Positions 53,408 to 64,000 of a stretch of 64,000 nt of DNA are shown in pieces. Under the pieces are notes generated by a model. That model was given only the letters and a program-made list of their open reading frames with translations. It made no database searches and was not told the DNA's origin. The position numbers and the translations under genes are program-made. Every line of letters begins with the position of its first letter. The first letter of the stretch is position 1. This DNA is from Mobula hypostoma (taxonomy: Eukaryota). The DNA lies in NCBI RefSeq assembly GCF_963921235.1, contig NC_086097.1:15996001-16060000 (forward strand). The letters are read 5' to 3'.

Positions 53408-54030
53408 GAATAGATGGCTTTGTTGCCAAGTTTGCAGATGATACGAAGATTGGTGAAGGGGCAGGTAGTGCTGAGGAAACAGATAGGATGCAGAAGGATC
53501 CAGACAGATTCGGCAAGAAAGTGGCAAATGAAATACAATGTTGGAAAAAGCATGGTCATGCACTTTGGTGGAAGAAATAATGTGCGGCTATATTCTAAAT
53601 GGGGAGAAAATCCAGGAATCTGAGATGCAGAGGGACCTGGGAATCCTTGTGCAGAACACCCTGAAGGTTAACTTGCAGGTTGAGTAGGTGGTGTGGAAGG
53701 CAATGCCATGTCAGCATTTATTTCAAGAGGTCTAGAATACAAAAGCAAGGATGTGATGCTGAGGCTTTATGATGCACTGGTGAGGCCTCACCTTGAGTAT
53801 TGTGAACAGTTTTGGGACCCTCATGTTAGAAAAGGTGTGTTGGCATTGGAGAGGGACCAGAGGAGGTTCACAAGGATGATTCCAAGAATGAAAGTGTTAA
53901 CATATGTAGAACTTTCGATGGCTCTGGGTCTGTACTCGCTGGAATTCAGTAGAATGAGGGGAGATCTCATTGAAACCTTTCAAATGTTGAAAGGCCTAGA
54001 CAGAGTAGGTGTGGAAAGGATGTTTCCCAT

Positions 54031-54672
54031 ACTTTATACTTTATTGTCGCCAAACAATTGGTACTAGAACGTATAATCATCACAGCGATATTTGATTCTG
54101 CGCTTCATTCTCCCTGGATTACACATATTAAATATTAAAGATATTAAAAATAGTTAAAATTAGTAAATATTAAAATTTTAAATTATAAATCATAAATAGA
54201 AAATAGAAAAATGGGAAGTAAGGTAGTGCAAAAAAACCGAGAGGCAGGTCCGGATATTTGGAGGGTATGGCCCTGATCTGGAACAGGATCCGTTCAGCAG
54301 TGTTATCACAGTTGGAAAGAAGCTGTTCCCAAATCTGGCCGTACGAGCCTTCAAGCTCCTGTGTCTTCTCCCGGAGGGAAGAGGGATGAAAAGTGTGATG
54401 GCTGGGTGGGTTGTATCCTTCATTATCCTGGCAGCACTGCTCTGACAGCGTGCGGCGTAAAGTGAGTCCACGGATGGAAGATTGGTTTGTGCGATGTGCT
54501 GCACCGTGTTCACGATCTTCTGCAGCTTCTTTCGGTCTTAGACAGGACAACTTCCATACCAGGTTGTGATGCACCCTAGAAGAATGCTTTCTACGGTGCA
54601 TCTATAAAAATTAGTGAGGGTTTTAGGGGACAGGCCAAGTTTCTCTAGTTTTCTCAGGAAGTAAAGGCGCTG
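54031..54672 (-). mobile_element. Rex-Babar-like LINE 3' end inserted in CR1
   Basis: Reverse complement of 49983-50590. The CR1 sequence tttcccat|ggtgggagag is interrupted. Confidence 0.85.
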
Positions 54673-57498
54673 GTGGGAGAGTCAAGGACAAGAGGACACA
54701 GCCTCAGGATAGAGGGGCACCCTTTCAAAACAGAGATGCAGAGAAATTTCTTTAGCCAAAGGGTGGCGAATGTGTGGAATTTGTTGCCAAATGCCGCTGT
54801 GGAGGCCATGTTGTTTGGTGTATTTAAGGCAGAGATTGATAGGTTCTCCATTGGACATGGCATCAAAGGTTATGGGGAGAAGGCCGGGAACTGCAGTTGA
54901 GGAAGAGATTAAAAAAAAAGGATCAGCCATGTTTGAATGGTGGAGCAGACTTGATAATTCCGCTCCTATTTCTGATGGTCATATAGTCTTATGGACAGGC
55001 TGTTACTTGGCAAAGGTGTACTCGAAAAGTAGGAGGCCTTCAAAAATGAAATTTTCAGAGTACAGTACAAAGCTTGTATGTGCCCGTCAGAATAAAGAGG
55101 CAAAGGTAAGAAGTGCAGGAAACCTTGGTTTATAAGAGAAATTGAAGCCCTGGTGAAGAAAAAAAAGGAGGTGCATAGCAAGTATAGGCAGGTAGGAACA
55201 AATGAAGTGCTCATGGAGTACAAAAAATGCAAAATAACATTTAAGAAAGAAATCCGGAGGGCTAAAAAAAGGTATGAAGTTGATCTGATAGACAAAATGA
55301 AGGAGAATTCTTAGGGCTCATTGCATCTCTTCTGGGGAAAAGTATGAACTGTACAAAAGTGATGGTTTGCACCTGAACCCAAGGGGGACCAATATTCTAG
55401 CAGGCAGGTTTGTTAGAGCTGTTGGGAAGAGTTCAAACTAATTTGGTAGGGAGATGGGAAGGGACTCAGGATAGGACGGATGGTAAAAAACAAAGACAGC
55501 ATGTAGTCAGACAGTCAGGGAGGACAGGCAGATGATAGAACAAGATGGCAGCCAGATGGGTGAGTATCAATGCAATAGGGATGCAGAATCAAAAAGGGTA
55601 GCAAATACAGTACTCAAAGTTTATATCTCAAAGCACGGAGTATAAGAAACAAGGTGGATGATCTTGTTGCGCTATTACAGATTTGTCAAATTTTATGTTG
55701 TGGCCATCAGTGAATCGTGGCTGAAGGATGGTGAATGTCCAAGGTTACACATTGTATCGGAAGAAGAGGAAAATAGGCAGAGGGGTTAGCGTGTCGCTGC
55801 TGGTAAAGAATTGCATCAACTCAATTGGAAGTTTGGACATAGGATCGTAAGATGGTGAATCCTTGTGAGTTAAGAAACAGCAAGGGTAAAAGGACCATGA
55901 TGGCAGTTATATACAGGGCTCCCAACAGTAGCTGGGATGTGGACCATAGATTGCAATGGGAAATAGAAAAGGTGTGTCAAAAGGGCAATGATAGTCATGG
56001 GAGATTTCAACATGCAGGTCGACTGGGAGGATCACGTTGGTAATGGATCTCAAGAGAGTGGACTTGTTCAATGGCTTTTTAGAGCAGTTTGTCATTGAGC
56101 TAACTAGGGGATCATTGTGTGTTATGTAATAAACCAAAGGTGATTAGAGAGCGGAGTAAAAGAACCCTTAGGAGGCAGTGATCACAATATGATTGAGTTC
56201 AACTTGAAATTTGATAGGGAGAAAGTAAAGTTTGACATAGCAGTACTTCAGTGAAGTAAAGGAAATTACAGTGGTATGGGAGAGGAGTTGGCCAAAGCAA
56301 ATTTGAAGGAGATGCTGGCAGGGATGACAGCAGAATAGCAATGCCACGAGCTTCTGGGAAAAATGAGTAAAGTGAAGGATAGATGTATTCCAAAGACATT
56401 TTTCCACGATCTAATTGTAAATTTTTTTGTATATTTTCTTTTCTTGCTGGCGGTTTGATGTTTATTTTTAGAAGTTTTTGTATGACGCATGGCTCCGGGG
56501 TTGTACACCCAATGGGTTCTTTTTTTTCTCTCACTTTTCTGCTTAGTAGGTTTTTTTTGTTATCACAAAAATTTTTTTAATCTTTAAGACAATTTTTTTT
56601 TGAGGCATTCTAAGTGTTGTTACTTCAATGTACTCATGTTATTTTTCCTGCATAATATAACAATAAAAAGATTTGAAAAGAAAGAAAGAAAAAAGAAGAA
56701 AGAAAAACAAAGAAATACTCAAACGGCAAAATAGTACACCCGTGGCTGACAAGGGAAGTCAAAGCTAATCTAAAAGCAAAAGGGAGGGCATATAACAAAG
56801 CAAGAATTAGTGGGAAGATAGAAGATTGGGAAGCTTTTAAAAACCTACAGAGAGCATATTAAATAATAATAAGGAGGGTAAAGATGAGATATGAAAGCAA
56901 GCTAGCAAGCAATATGAAAGTGGATAGTAAAAGCTTTTCCAACTACGTAAAAAATAAAAGAGAGATGACAGTGGATTATAGGACCACTGGAAAATGAGGC
57001 TGGAGAAATAATAATGGGGAACAAGGAGATGGCAGATAAACTAAATGAGTACTTTGCATCAGTCTCTACTGTGAAAGACACTAGCAGTGAGCTGGATGTT
57101 GAAGGGTAGGAGGAAAGTTACAATTGCAAGGGAGAAGGTGCTCAAAAAGCTGAAAGACCTAAGGGTACATAAATCAAAAGACCAGATGAACTACATCCAA
57201 AGGTTCTGAAACAGGTAGCGGTAAAGGTTGTAGAAGCATTAGTAATGATCTTTCAAAAATTATTGGACTCTGGCATGATGCCAGAGGACTGGAAATTTGC
57301 AAATGTCAGTCCACCCTAAGAAAGGAGGAGGGCAGCAGAAAGGAAATAATAGACCAGTTAGCCTGACCTCAGTGTTTGGGAAGATACTGGAGTCAATTGT
57401 TAAGGATTAGGTTATGGAATACTTGGTGACACAGGACAAGATAGGACAAAGTCAGTGTGGTTTCCTTCAGGGAAAATCTTGCCTCTGAGATCTGTTGG

Positions 57499-57709
57499 TG
57501 TTGTGTATGTGGCCTGGTTACACAACAGTGCTATTAATAAAAATGCTGGAGATGGGAGCTAAGTTTTATGGTTCTTTACTGGCATAATCCAAACTCGGCA
57601 CACGCATACAGATCAATACGCGCCTAATAGCACTTGCAACGACATGTTACTGAAACATAAAGTAGTCCTTTATTATAATGTAGGCTATACAGTACACTCC
57701 TCCCCTTTT
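57499..57709 (-). mobile_element. Short (~198 bp) putative 3' LTR with adjacent polypurine tract
   Basis: The minus strand reads aaaaggggaggag (57709-57697), then immediately TGTACTG...CACAACA (57696-57499). It interrupts a CR1 RT region at ..atctgttgg|. Confidence 0.7.
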
Positions 57710-57807
57710 ATTTTAATAATGTATCAACTATTTTTTTTATTGGGGCATTATGCTACAAATATATGTTTACCCTTAACATATGCCTACCATTTGTTTACTT
57801 AGCAACT

Positions 57808-57884
57808 TAATAATATCAAATTATAACAAAGTAATGTAATAATATCTAATTATAACAAAGTAATGTAATAGTATCAAATTATAA
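57808..57884. repeat. 29-bp AT-rich tandem repeat, about 2.6 copies
   Basis: The unit taataatatcaaattataacaaagtaatg is repeated. Confidence 0.85.
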
Positions 57885-57896
57885 TGCCTTTTTTTT

Positions 57897-58764
57897 ACTT
57901 TTGGTCTAAGACCCATTTATAATTCAAGTCTCGGTGGGGGAGGGGGGTCTTCTCTAGATTGTCTGGCACTGAAGCAAATAGGTCTTCTCTCTATTGTCTG
58001 GAATAAATTGAACAATCCACAAATTGGCAGGTTCCAGCCATAAAGAGTAGTCACCTCCACCTTGCAAAGATGATGAAAGCAAAGTGAAATCCGTGAAAAG
58101 GTGAACGTTATTCTTAAAAATATGTACAATCATCAAAACTGAGATGGCATTGGAAAGTGTCTTCAAATAGTGTGTTCTTCAGTCTGTCAATAAACTTGTT
58201 TGTTTTAATACAGATTTCCATATAAAAGTAATGAAAATTTGACCTCTGAGCATAGGGAGTTAAGAAGATGTGGACCTCCAACTTGCTCAAAATTCTAGGC
58301 AGCAGGTCGCCTCTGTATAATGAAGACTCCTCTGGGCAGCTGTCCTGGATATATATGCATCTTTGTGCTACCACTTGTCTTCCTTACCCATATCTCATTT
58401 GTTCCAACTGAGCCAATCTTCGTATTCTCCTTAGATTCCAAATAGATAGCCTGACCTTTATGATACCATCTCTTATCGTTATATAACTTTCCATCTTCTA
58501 TTTGTGCTTCATATCTTTGTGCTGATGATTCAGCAGGGGTGCTGGGAAGATGCTCAGGAGAAGATGGAGATGCTGATCTTTTTGGAGATTTAAGCTTATT
58601 GAGAGTTCGCAGATCTTCCATTATCTGTTTATCTGTTAACAAGTAATTTAACTGCACAGGTGCAGGCTTTCGTCTTTTGTCTGTAATTGGAGCAGGGTCG
58701 TTAGGTCTCCTCCTTAGTTTCCTAGTCATTATTGGCTTTTCCTCCATAGAATCTCCTGTGAGTT
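57897..58764 (-). pseudogene. SUDS3: SUDS3 processed pseudogene, C-terminal coding part (stop at 58295) and probable 3' UTR
   Basis: [50 protein letters not shown] is the Sin3-HDAC subunit SDS3 C-terminus. No introns; an A8 remnant follows at 57889-57896. Confidence 0.92.
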
Positions 58765-59340
58765 ATAGACAATAGGTGCAGGAGTAGGCCATTCGGCCCT
58801 TCGAGCCAGCACCGCCATTCACTGTGATCATGGCTGATCATCCACAATCAGTATCCAGTTCCTGCCTTATCCCCATAACCTTTGATTCTGCTATCTTTAA
58901 GAGCTCTATCCATCTCTTTCTTGAAAGCATCCAGAGACTTGGCCTCCACAGCCTTCTGGGGCAGAGCATTCCATATATCCACCACTCTCTGGGTGAAAAA
59001 GTTTTTCCTCAACTCCGTTCTAAATGGCCTACCTCTTATTCTTAAACTGCGGCCTCTGGTTCTGGACTCACCCATCAGTGGAAACATGCTTCCTGCCTCC
59101 AGCATGTCCAATTCCTTAATAATCTTATATGTTTCAATAAGCTCCCCTCTCATCCTTCTAAATTCCAGAGTATACAAGCCCAGTTGCTCCAATCTTTCAA
59201 CATATGACAGTCCTGCCATCCCGGAAATTAACCTTGTGAACCTACACTGCACTCCCTCAATAGCAAGAATGTCCTTCCTCAAATCTGGAGACCAAAACTG
59301 CACACAGTACTCCAGGTGTGGTCTCACCAGGGCCCTGTAC
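58765..59340 (-). mobile_element. Young CR1 3' end inserted into the SUDS3 retrocopy
   Basis: [21 protein letters not shown], open to its stop codon; 4-bp TSD agtt (58761-58764 and 59341-59344). Confidence 0.92.
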
Positions 59341-59477
59341 AGTTCCATTGTTAGCCTCTCATTCTTAATCATCTTTTTCTTTTCTTCTAACTCAATCTTT
59401 TTATCTTCAAATTCCTTCACTGCTGCTTTCTTCTCGTTAATATAATTCCTTTCCACTTGTTCTGTCTCCAGTTACAG
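59341..59477 (-). pseudogene. SUDS3: SUDS3 processed pseudogene, middle piece: [45 protein letters not shown]
   Basis: Joins in frame to both neighbouring pieces once the CR1 inserts are removed. It has a TAA at the Gln codon and an in-frame deletion. Confidence 0.92.
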
Positions 59478-62400
59478 ATGTCAGGCAGAGTCGTGGTAGT
59501 AGGGGACTCCATAGTAAGAGGTAAAGAAAGGAGTTTCTGTGGCAACAGGCGGGATTTAAGGATGGTGTGTTGCCTCCCTGGTGCCAGGATTCAGGACATC
59601 ATGGACCGATTGCAGGGCATCCTCAAGGGTGAAGGTGAACAGCCAGAAGTGGTAGTGCTGATAAATCCCCAGGCCCTGATGATCTGCATCTCAGGTTACT
59701 TAAGGAGGTGGCTCTAGAAATCGTGGACGCATTGGTAATCATTTTCCAATGTTCTATAGATTCAGGATCAGTTCCTGTGGATTGGAGGGTAGCTAATGTT
59801 ATCCCACTTTTTAAGAAAGGAGGGAGAGAAAACAGGGGATTATAGACCAGTTAGCCTGACATCAGTGGTGGGGAAGATGCTGGAGTCAATTATAAAAGAT
59901 GAAATAGCGGCACATTTGGATAGTAGTAACAGGATTGGTCTGAGTCAGCATGGATCTACGAAGGAGGAATCAAGCTTGACTAATCTTCTGGAATTTTTTG
60001 AGGATGTAACTATGAAAATGGACAAGGGAGAGCCAGTGGATGTAGTGTACCTGGACTTTCAGTAAGCTTTTGATAAGCTCCAACATAGGAGATTAGTGGG
60101 CAAAATTGGAGCACGTGGTATTGGGGGTAGGGTACTGACATGGATAGAAAATTGGTTGGCAGACAGGAAACAAAGAGTAGGGATTAACGGGTCCCTTTCA
60201 GAATGGTAGGTGGTGACTAGTGGGGTACCACAAGGCTCGGTGCTGGGACCGCAGCTATTTACAATGCACAAGGGGAGTTGAGTATAGGAGCAAAGAGGTC
60301 CTTCAAGAGTTGTACGGGGCCCTGGTGAGACCACACCTGGAGTATTGTGTGCAGTTTTGGTTTCCAAATTCTAGGAAGGACATTCTTGCTATTGAGGGAG
60401 TGCAGCGTAGGTTCACGAGGTTAATTCCCGGGATGGCGGGACTGTCATATGTTGAAAGTTTGGGAGGGTTTAAACTAATTTGCGAGGGGGATGGGACCCA
60501 GAGTGATAGAGCAGTGAAATAAGTGCATGGAGTAAAGCCAGATCTAACATACAGAGAGGCTTTGAGGAAAGAGAAGCAGAATAAATGGTGTAAAGACAGT
60601 AAGGTAGAAGGGCTGAAATGTGTGCACCTCAATGCAAGAAGCATCAGGAACAAAGGTGATGAACTAAGAGCTTGGATACATACATGGAATTATGATGTAG
60701 TGGCCATTACAGAGACTTGGCTGGCACCAGGGCAGGAATAGATTCTCAATATTCCTGGATTTCAGTGCTTTAAAAGGGATAGAGAGGGCGGAAAAAGGGG
60801 AGGAGGGGTGGCATTACTGGTCAGGGATACTATTACAGCTACAGAAAGGGTGGGTAATGTAGCAGGATCCTCTTTTGAGTCGATATGGGTGGAAGTCAGG
60901 AACAGGAAGGGAGCAGTTACTCTACTGGGGGTATTCTATAGGCCCCCTGGTAGCAACAAAGATACAGAGGAGCAGATTGGGAGGCAGATTTTGGAAAGGT
61001 GCAAAAATAACAGGGTTGTTATAATGTGTGACTTTAACTTCCCTAACATTGATTGGCACTTGATTAGTTCCAAGGGTTTAGATGGGGCAGAGTTCGTTAA
61101 GTGTGTCCAGGACGGATTCCTGTCACAGTATGTGGACAGGCCAACCAGGGGGAATGCCATACTAGATCTAGTACTAGGTAATGAACTGGGTCAGGTCACA
61201 GATCTCTCAGTGGGTGAGCATCTGGGGGACAGTGACCACCACCCCCTGGCCCTTAGCATTATCATGGAAAAGGATAGAATTAGAGAGGACAGGAAAATTT
61301 TTAATTGGGGAAAGGCAAATTATGAGGCTGTAAGGCTAGAACTTGTGGGTGTGAATTGGGATGATGTTTCTGCAGCAAAATGTACTATGGACATGTGGTC
61401 GATGTTTAGAGATCTCTTGTGGGATGCTAGGGATAAATTTGTCCCGGTGAGGAAGATAAAGAATGGTAGGGTGAAGGAACCATGGGTGACAAGTGAGGTG
61501 GAAAATCTAGTCAGGTGGAAGAAGGCAGCATACATGAGGTTTAGGAATCAAGGATCAGATGGGTCTATTGAGGAATATAGGGAAGCAAGAAAGGAGCTTA
61601 AGAAGGGGCTGAGAAGAGCAAGAAGGGGGCATGAGAAGGCCTTGGCGAGTAGGGTAAAGGAAAACCCCAAGGCATTCTTCAATTATGTGAATTAAAAAAG
61701 GATGACAGGAGTGAAGGTAGGACCGATTAGAGATAAAGGTGGGAAGATGTGCCTGGAGGCTGTGGAAGTGAGCAAGGTCCTCAGTGAATACTTCTCTTCG
61801 GTATTCACCAATGAGAGGGAACTTGATGATAGTGAGGACAATATGAGTGAGGTTGATGTTCTGGAACATGTTGATATTAATGGAGAAGAGGTGTTGGAGT
61901 TGTTAAAATACATTAGGACAGATAAGTCCCCGGGGCCTGTCAGAATATTCCCCAGGCTGCTCCACGAGACGAGAGAAGAGATTGCTGAGCCTCGTTGTCC
62001 ACGGGAATGGTACCGGAGGATTGGAGGGAGGTGAATATTGTCCCCTTGTTCAAAAAAGGTAGTGGGGAAAGTCTGGGTAATTATAGACCAGTGAGCCTTA
62101 TGTTTGTGGTGGGAAAGCTGTTGGAAAAGATTCTTAGAAATAGGATCTATAGGCATTTAGAGAATCATGGTCTGATCAAGGACAGTCAGCATGGCTTTGT
62201 GAAGGGCGGATCGTGTCTAACAAGCCTGATAGAGTTCTTTGAGGAGGTGACCAGGCATATAGATGAGGGTAGTGCAATGGATGTGATCTATCTGGATTTT
62301 AGTAAGGCATTTGACAAGGTTCTACATGGCAGGCTTATTCAGAAAGTTAGAAGGCATGGGATCCAAGGAAGTTTGGCCAGGTGGATTCAGAATTGGCTTG

Positions 62401-63862
62401 CCTGCAGAAGGCAGCGGGTGGTGGTGGAGGGAGTACATTCAGATTGGAGGATTGTGACTAGTGGTGTCCCACAAGGATCTGTTCTGGGACCTCTACTTTT
62501 CGTGATTTTTATTAACAACCTGGATGTGGGGGTAGAAGGGTGGGTTGGCAAGTTTGCAGGTGACACAAAGGTTGGTGGTGTTGTAGATAGTGTAGAGGAT
62601 TGTCAAAGATTGCAGAGAGACATTGATAGGATGCAGAAGTGGGCTGAGAAGTGGCAGATGGAGTTCAATCCGGAGAAGTGTGAGGTGGTACACTTTGGAA
62701 GGACAAACTCCAAGGCAGAGTACAAAGTAAATGGCAGGATACTTGGTAGTGTGGAGGAGCAGAGGGATCTCGGGGTACATGTCCACAGATCCCTGAAAGT
62801 TGCCTCACAGGTAGATAGGGTAGTTAAGAAAGCTTATGGGGTGTTAGCTTTCATAAGTCGAGGGATAGAGTTTAAGAGTCATGAGGTAATGACGCAGCTC
62901 TATAAAACTCTGGTTAGGCCACACTTGGAGTACTGTGTCCAGTTCTGGTCACCTCACTATAGGAAGGATGTGGAAGCATTGGAAAGAGTACAGAGGAGAT
63001 TTACCAGGATGCTGCCTGGTTTAGAAAGTATGCATTATGATCAGAGATTAAGTGAGCTAGGGCTTTACTCTTTGGAGAGAAGGAGGATGAGAGGAGACAT
63101 GATAGAGGTGTACAAGATAATAAGAGGAATAGATAGAGTGGATAGCCAGCGCCTCTTCCCCAGGGCACCACTGCTCAATACAAGAGGAGATGGCTTTAAG
63201 GTAAGGGGTGGGAAGTTCAAGGGGGATATTAGAGGAAGGTTTTTTACTCAGAGAGTGGTTGGTGCGTGGAATGCACTGCCTGAGTCAGTGGTGGAGGCAG
63301 ATACACTAGTGAAGTTTAAGAGACTACTAGACAGGTATCTGGAGGAATTTAAGGTGGGGGCTTATATGGGAGGCAGGGTTTGAGGGTCGGCACAACATTG
63401 TGGGCCAAAGGGCCTGTACTATGTTCTATGTTCTAAGATTGGAGCGACTGGGCTTGTATTCACTGGAATTTAGAAGGATGAGAGGGGATCTGATCGAAAC
63501 ATATAAGATTATTAAGGGATTGGACACGCTAGAGGCAGGAAACATGTTCCCGATGTTGGGGGAGTCCAGAACCAGAGGCCACAGTTTAAGAATAAGAGGT
63601 AGGCCATTTAGAACGGAGTGGAGGAAAAACTTTTTCACCCAGAGAATTGTGGATCTGTGGAATGCTCTACCTCAGAAGGCAGTGGAGGCCAATTCTCTGG
63701 ATGCTTTCAAGAAAGAGTTAGATAGAGCTCTTAAAGATAGTGGAGTCAAGGGATATGGAGAGAAGGCAGGAACGAAGTACTGATTGTGGATGATCAGCCA
63801 TGATCACAGTGAATGGCAGTGCTGGCTCGAAGGGCCGAATGGCCTATTGTCTAATGTCTATT
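59478..63862 (+). mobile_element. Outer CR1 (internally deleted: ORF1 piece, RT pieces, 3' end) inserted in the SUDS3 retrocopy
   Basis: GDSIVRG..MVCCLPGA (ORF1) is joined to ORF2 RT. The sequence ..gttgaaag|attggagcga.. is split by the inner element; ends in a (tgtcta)n-type tail. Confidence 0.85.
60459..63435 (+). mobile_element. Inner CR1 with near-complete ORF2 (APE endonuclease and RT), inactivated
   Basis: ORFs 60523-60741, 60808-61695, 61702-62034 and 61995-63383, broken by stops and a frameshift. Catalytic FADD reads FAGD; (tgttcta)n tail. Confidence 0.93.
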
Positions 63863-64000
63863 AAAAAGCTCTGCATTTCATATTCTTTCCTTGTATTGTT
63901 GATCTAGTTTCTTCATTCTTTTCTGAAAAGTACTTTCCTGTAAGTGCTGTAGCTGTCTTCTGAGAGATGTCAATTTCTCCTGGTACATCTGCTCTTTTAC
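63863..64000 (-). pseudogene. SUDS3: SUDS3 processed pseudogene, upstream piece running off the window: [45 protein letters not shown]
   Basis: Manual translation of the minus strand matches the recalled SDS3 coiled coil [42 protein letters not shown]. Contains a TGA stop. Confidence 0.9.

Larger units (their letters stand above)
48715..57498 (+). mobile_element. Cluster of decayed plus-strand CR1 copies hosting several nested insertions
   Basis: CR1 ORF1-end, endonuclease and RT motifs recur ([31 protein letters not shown]). Internal boundaries are approximate. Confidence 0.8.

Noticed and set aside
49983..54672. Local inverted duplication (49983-50590 versus 54031-54672)
   Set aside because: Many differences, and each copy has its own tail and insertion site, so these are independent insertions of one LINE family.
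57808..57884. CRISPR-like array
   Set aside because: Head-to-tail repeats with no unique spacers, in a vertebrate context with no cas genes.
58848..59456. 202-aa ORF fusing the SUDS3 coiled coil to a CR1 ORF2 C-terminus
   Set aside because: A chance in-frame junction made by the CR1 insertion (TSD agtt). It starts at GTG, has an in-frame TAA just upstream and has no promoter evidence.
61995..63383. 462-aa RT ORF as an active or domesticated gene
   Set aside because: It is a fragment of CR1 ORF2 with upstream stops and a frameshift, and the catalytic FADD is mutated to FAGD.
58295..64000. SUDS3 as a real spliced gene with two introns
   Set aside because: The interruptions are CR1 elements without GT-AG ends, the pieces contain stop codons, and the long C-terminal piece is intronless.

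Overview
Vertebrate genomic DNA. The repeat landscape (CR1, Rex-Babar/L2-like LINEs, Penelope-like elements, V-type SINEs) suggests a cartilaginous fish, probably a ray; this is an inference. The whole window lies inside one minus-strand host gene. I read eight GT-AG exons (47065 to 3335) whose phases are all compatible and which splice into an 893-nt open frame resembling the sperm calcium-channel auxiliary subunit CATSPERB. The introns are mostly decayed retroelements, and nearly all ORFs in the supplied track are LINE fragments or their antisense shadows. Main points of interest: (1) an intronless SUDS3 retro-pseudogene directly upstream of a polypurine tract and a short TG..CA LTR, apparently a host mRNA captured inside an LTR retroelement and later split by two CR1 insertions; (2) Penelope-like elements with inverted ends, 13-15 bp target duplications and minimal hammerhead ribozymes, two of them sense to the host pre-mRNA in one intron; (3) a 2.3-kb inversion with a 220-bp inverted breakpoint duplication; (4) a hAT element nested in another hAT element that appears to have moved with a cryptic end; (5) solo LTRs and a tRNA-Arg-like poly(A) SINE. 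Protein identifications come from recalled sequences, not database searches, and most LINE boundaries are approximate.
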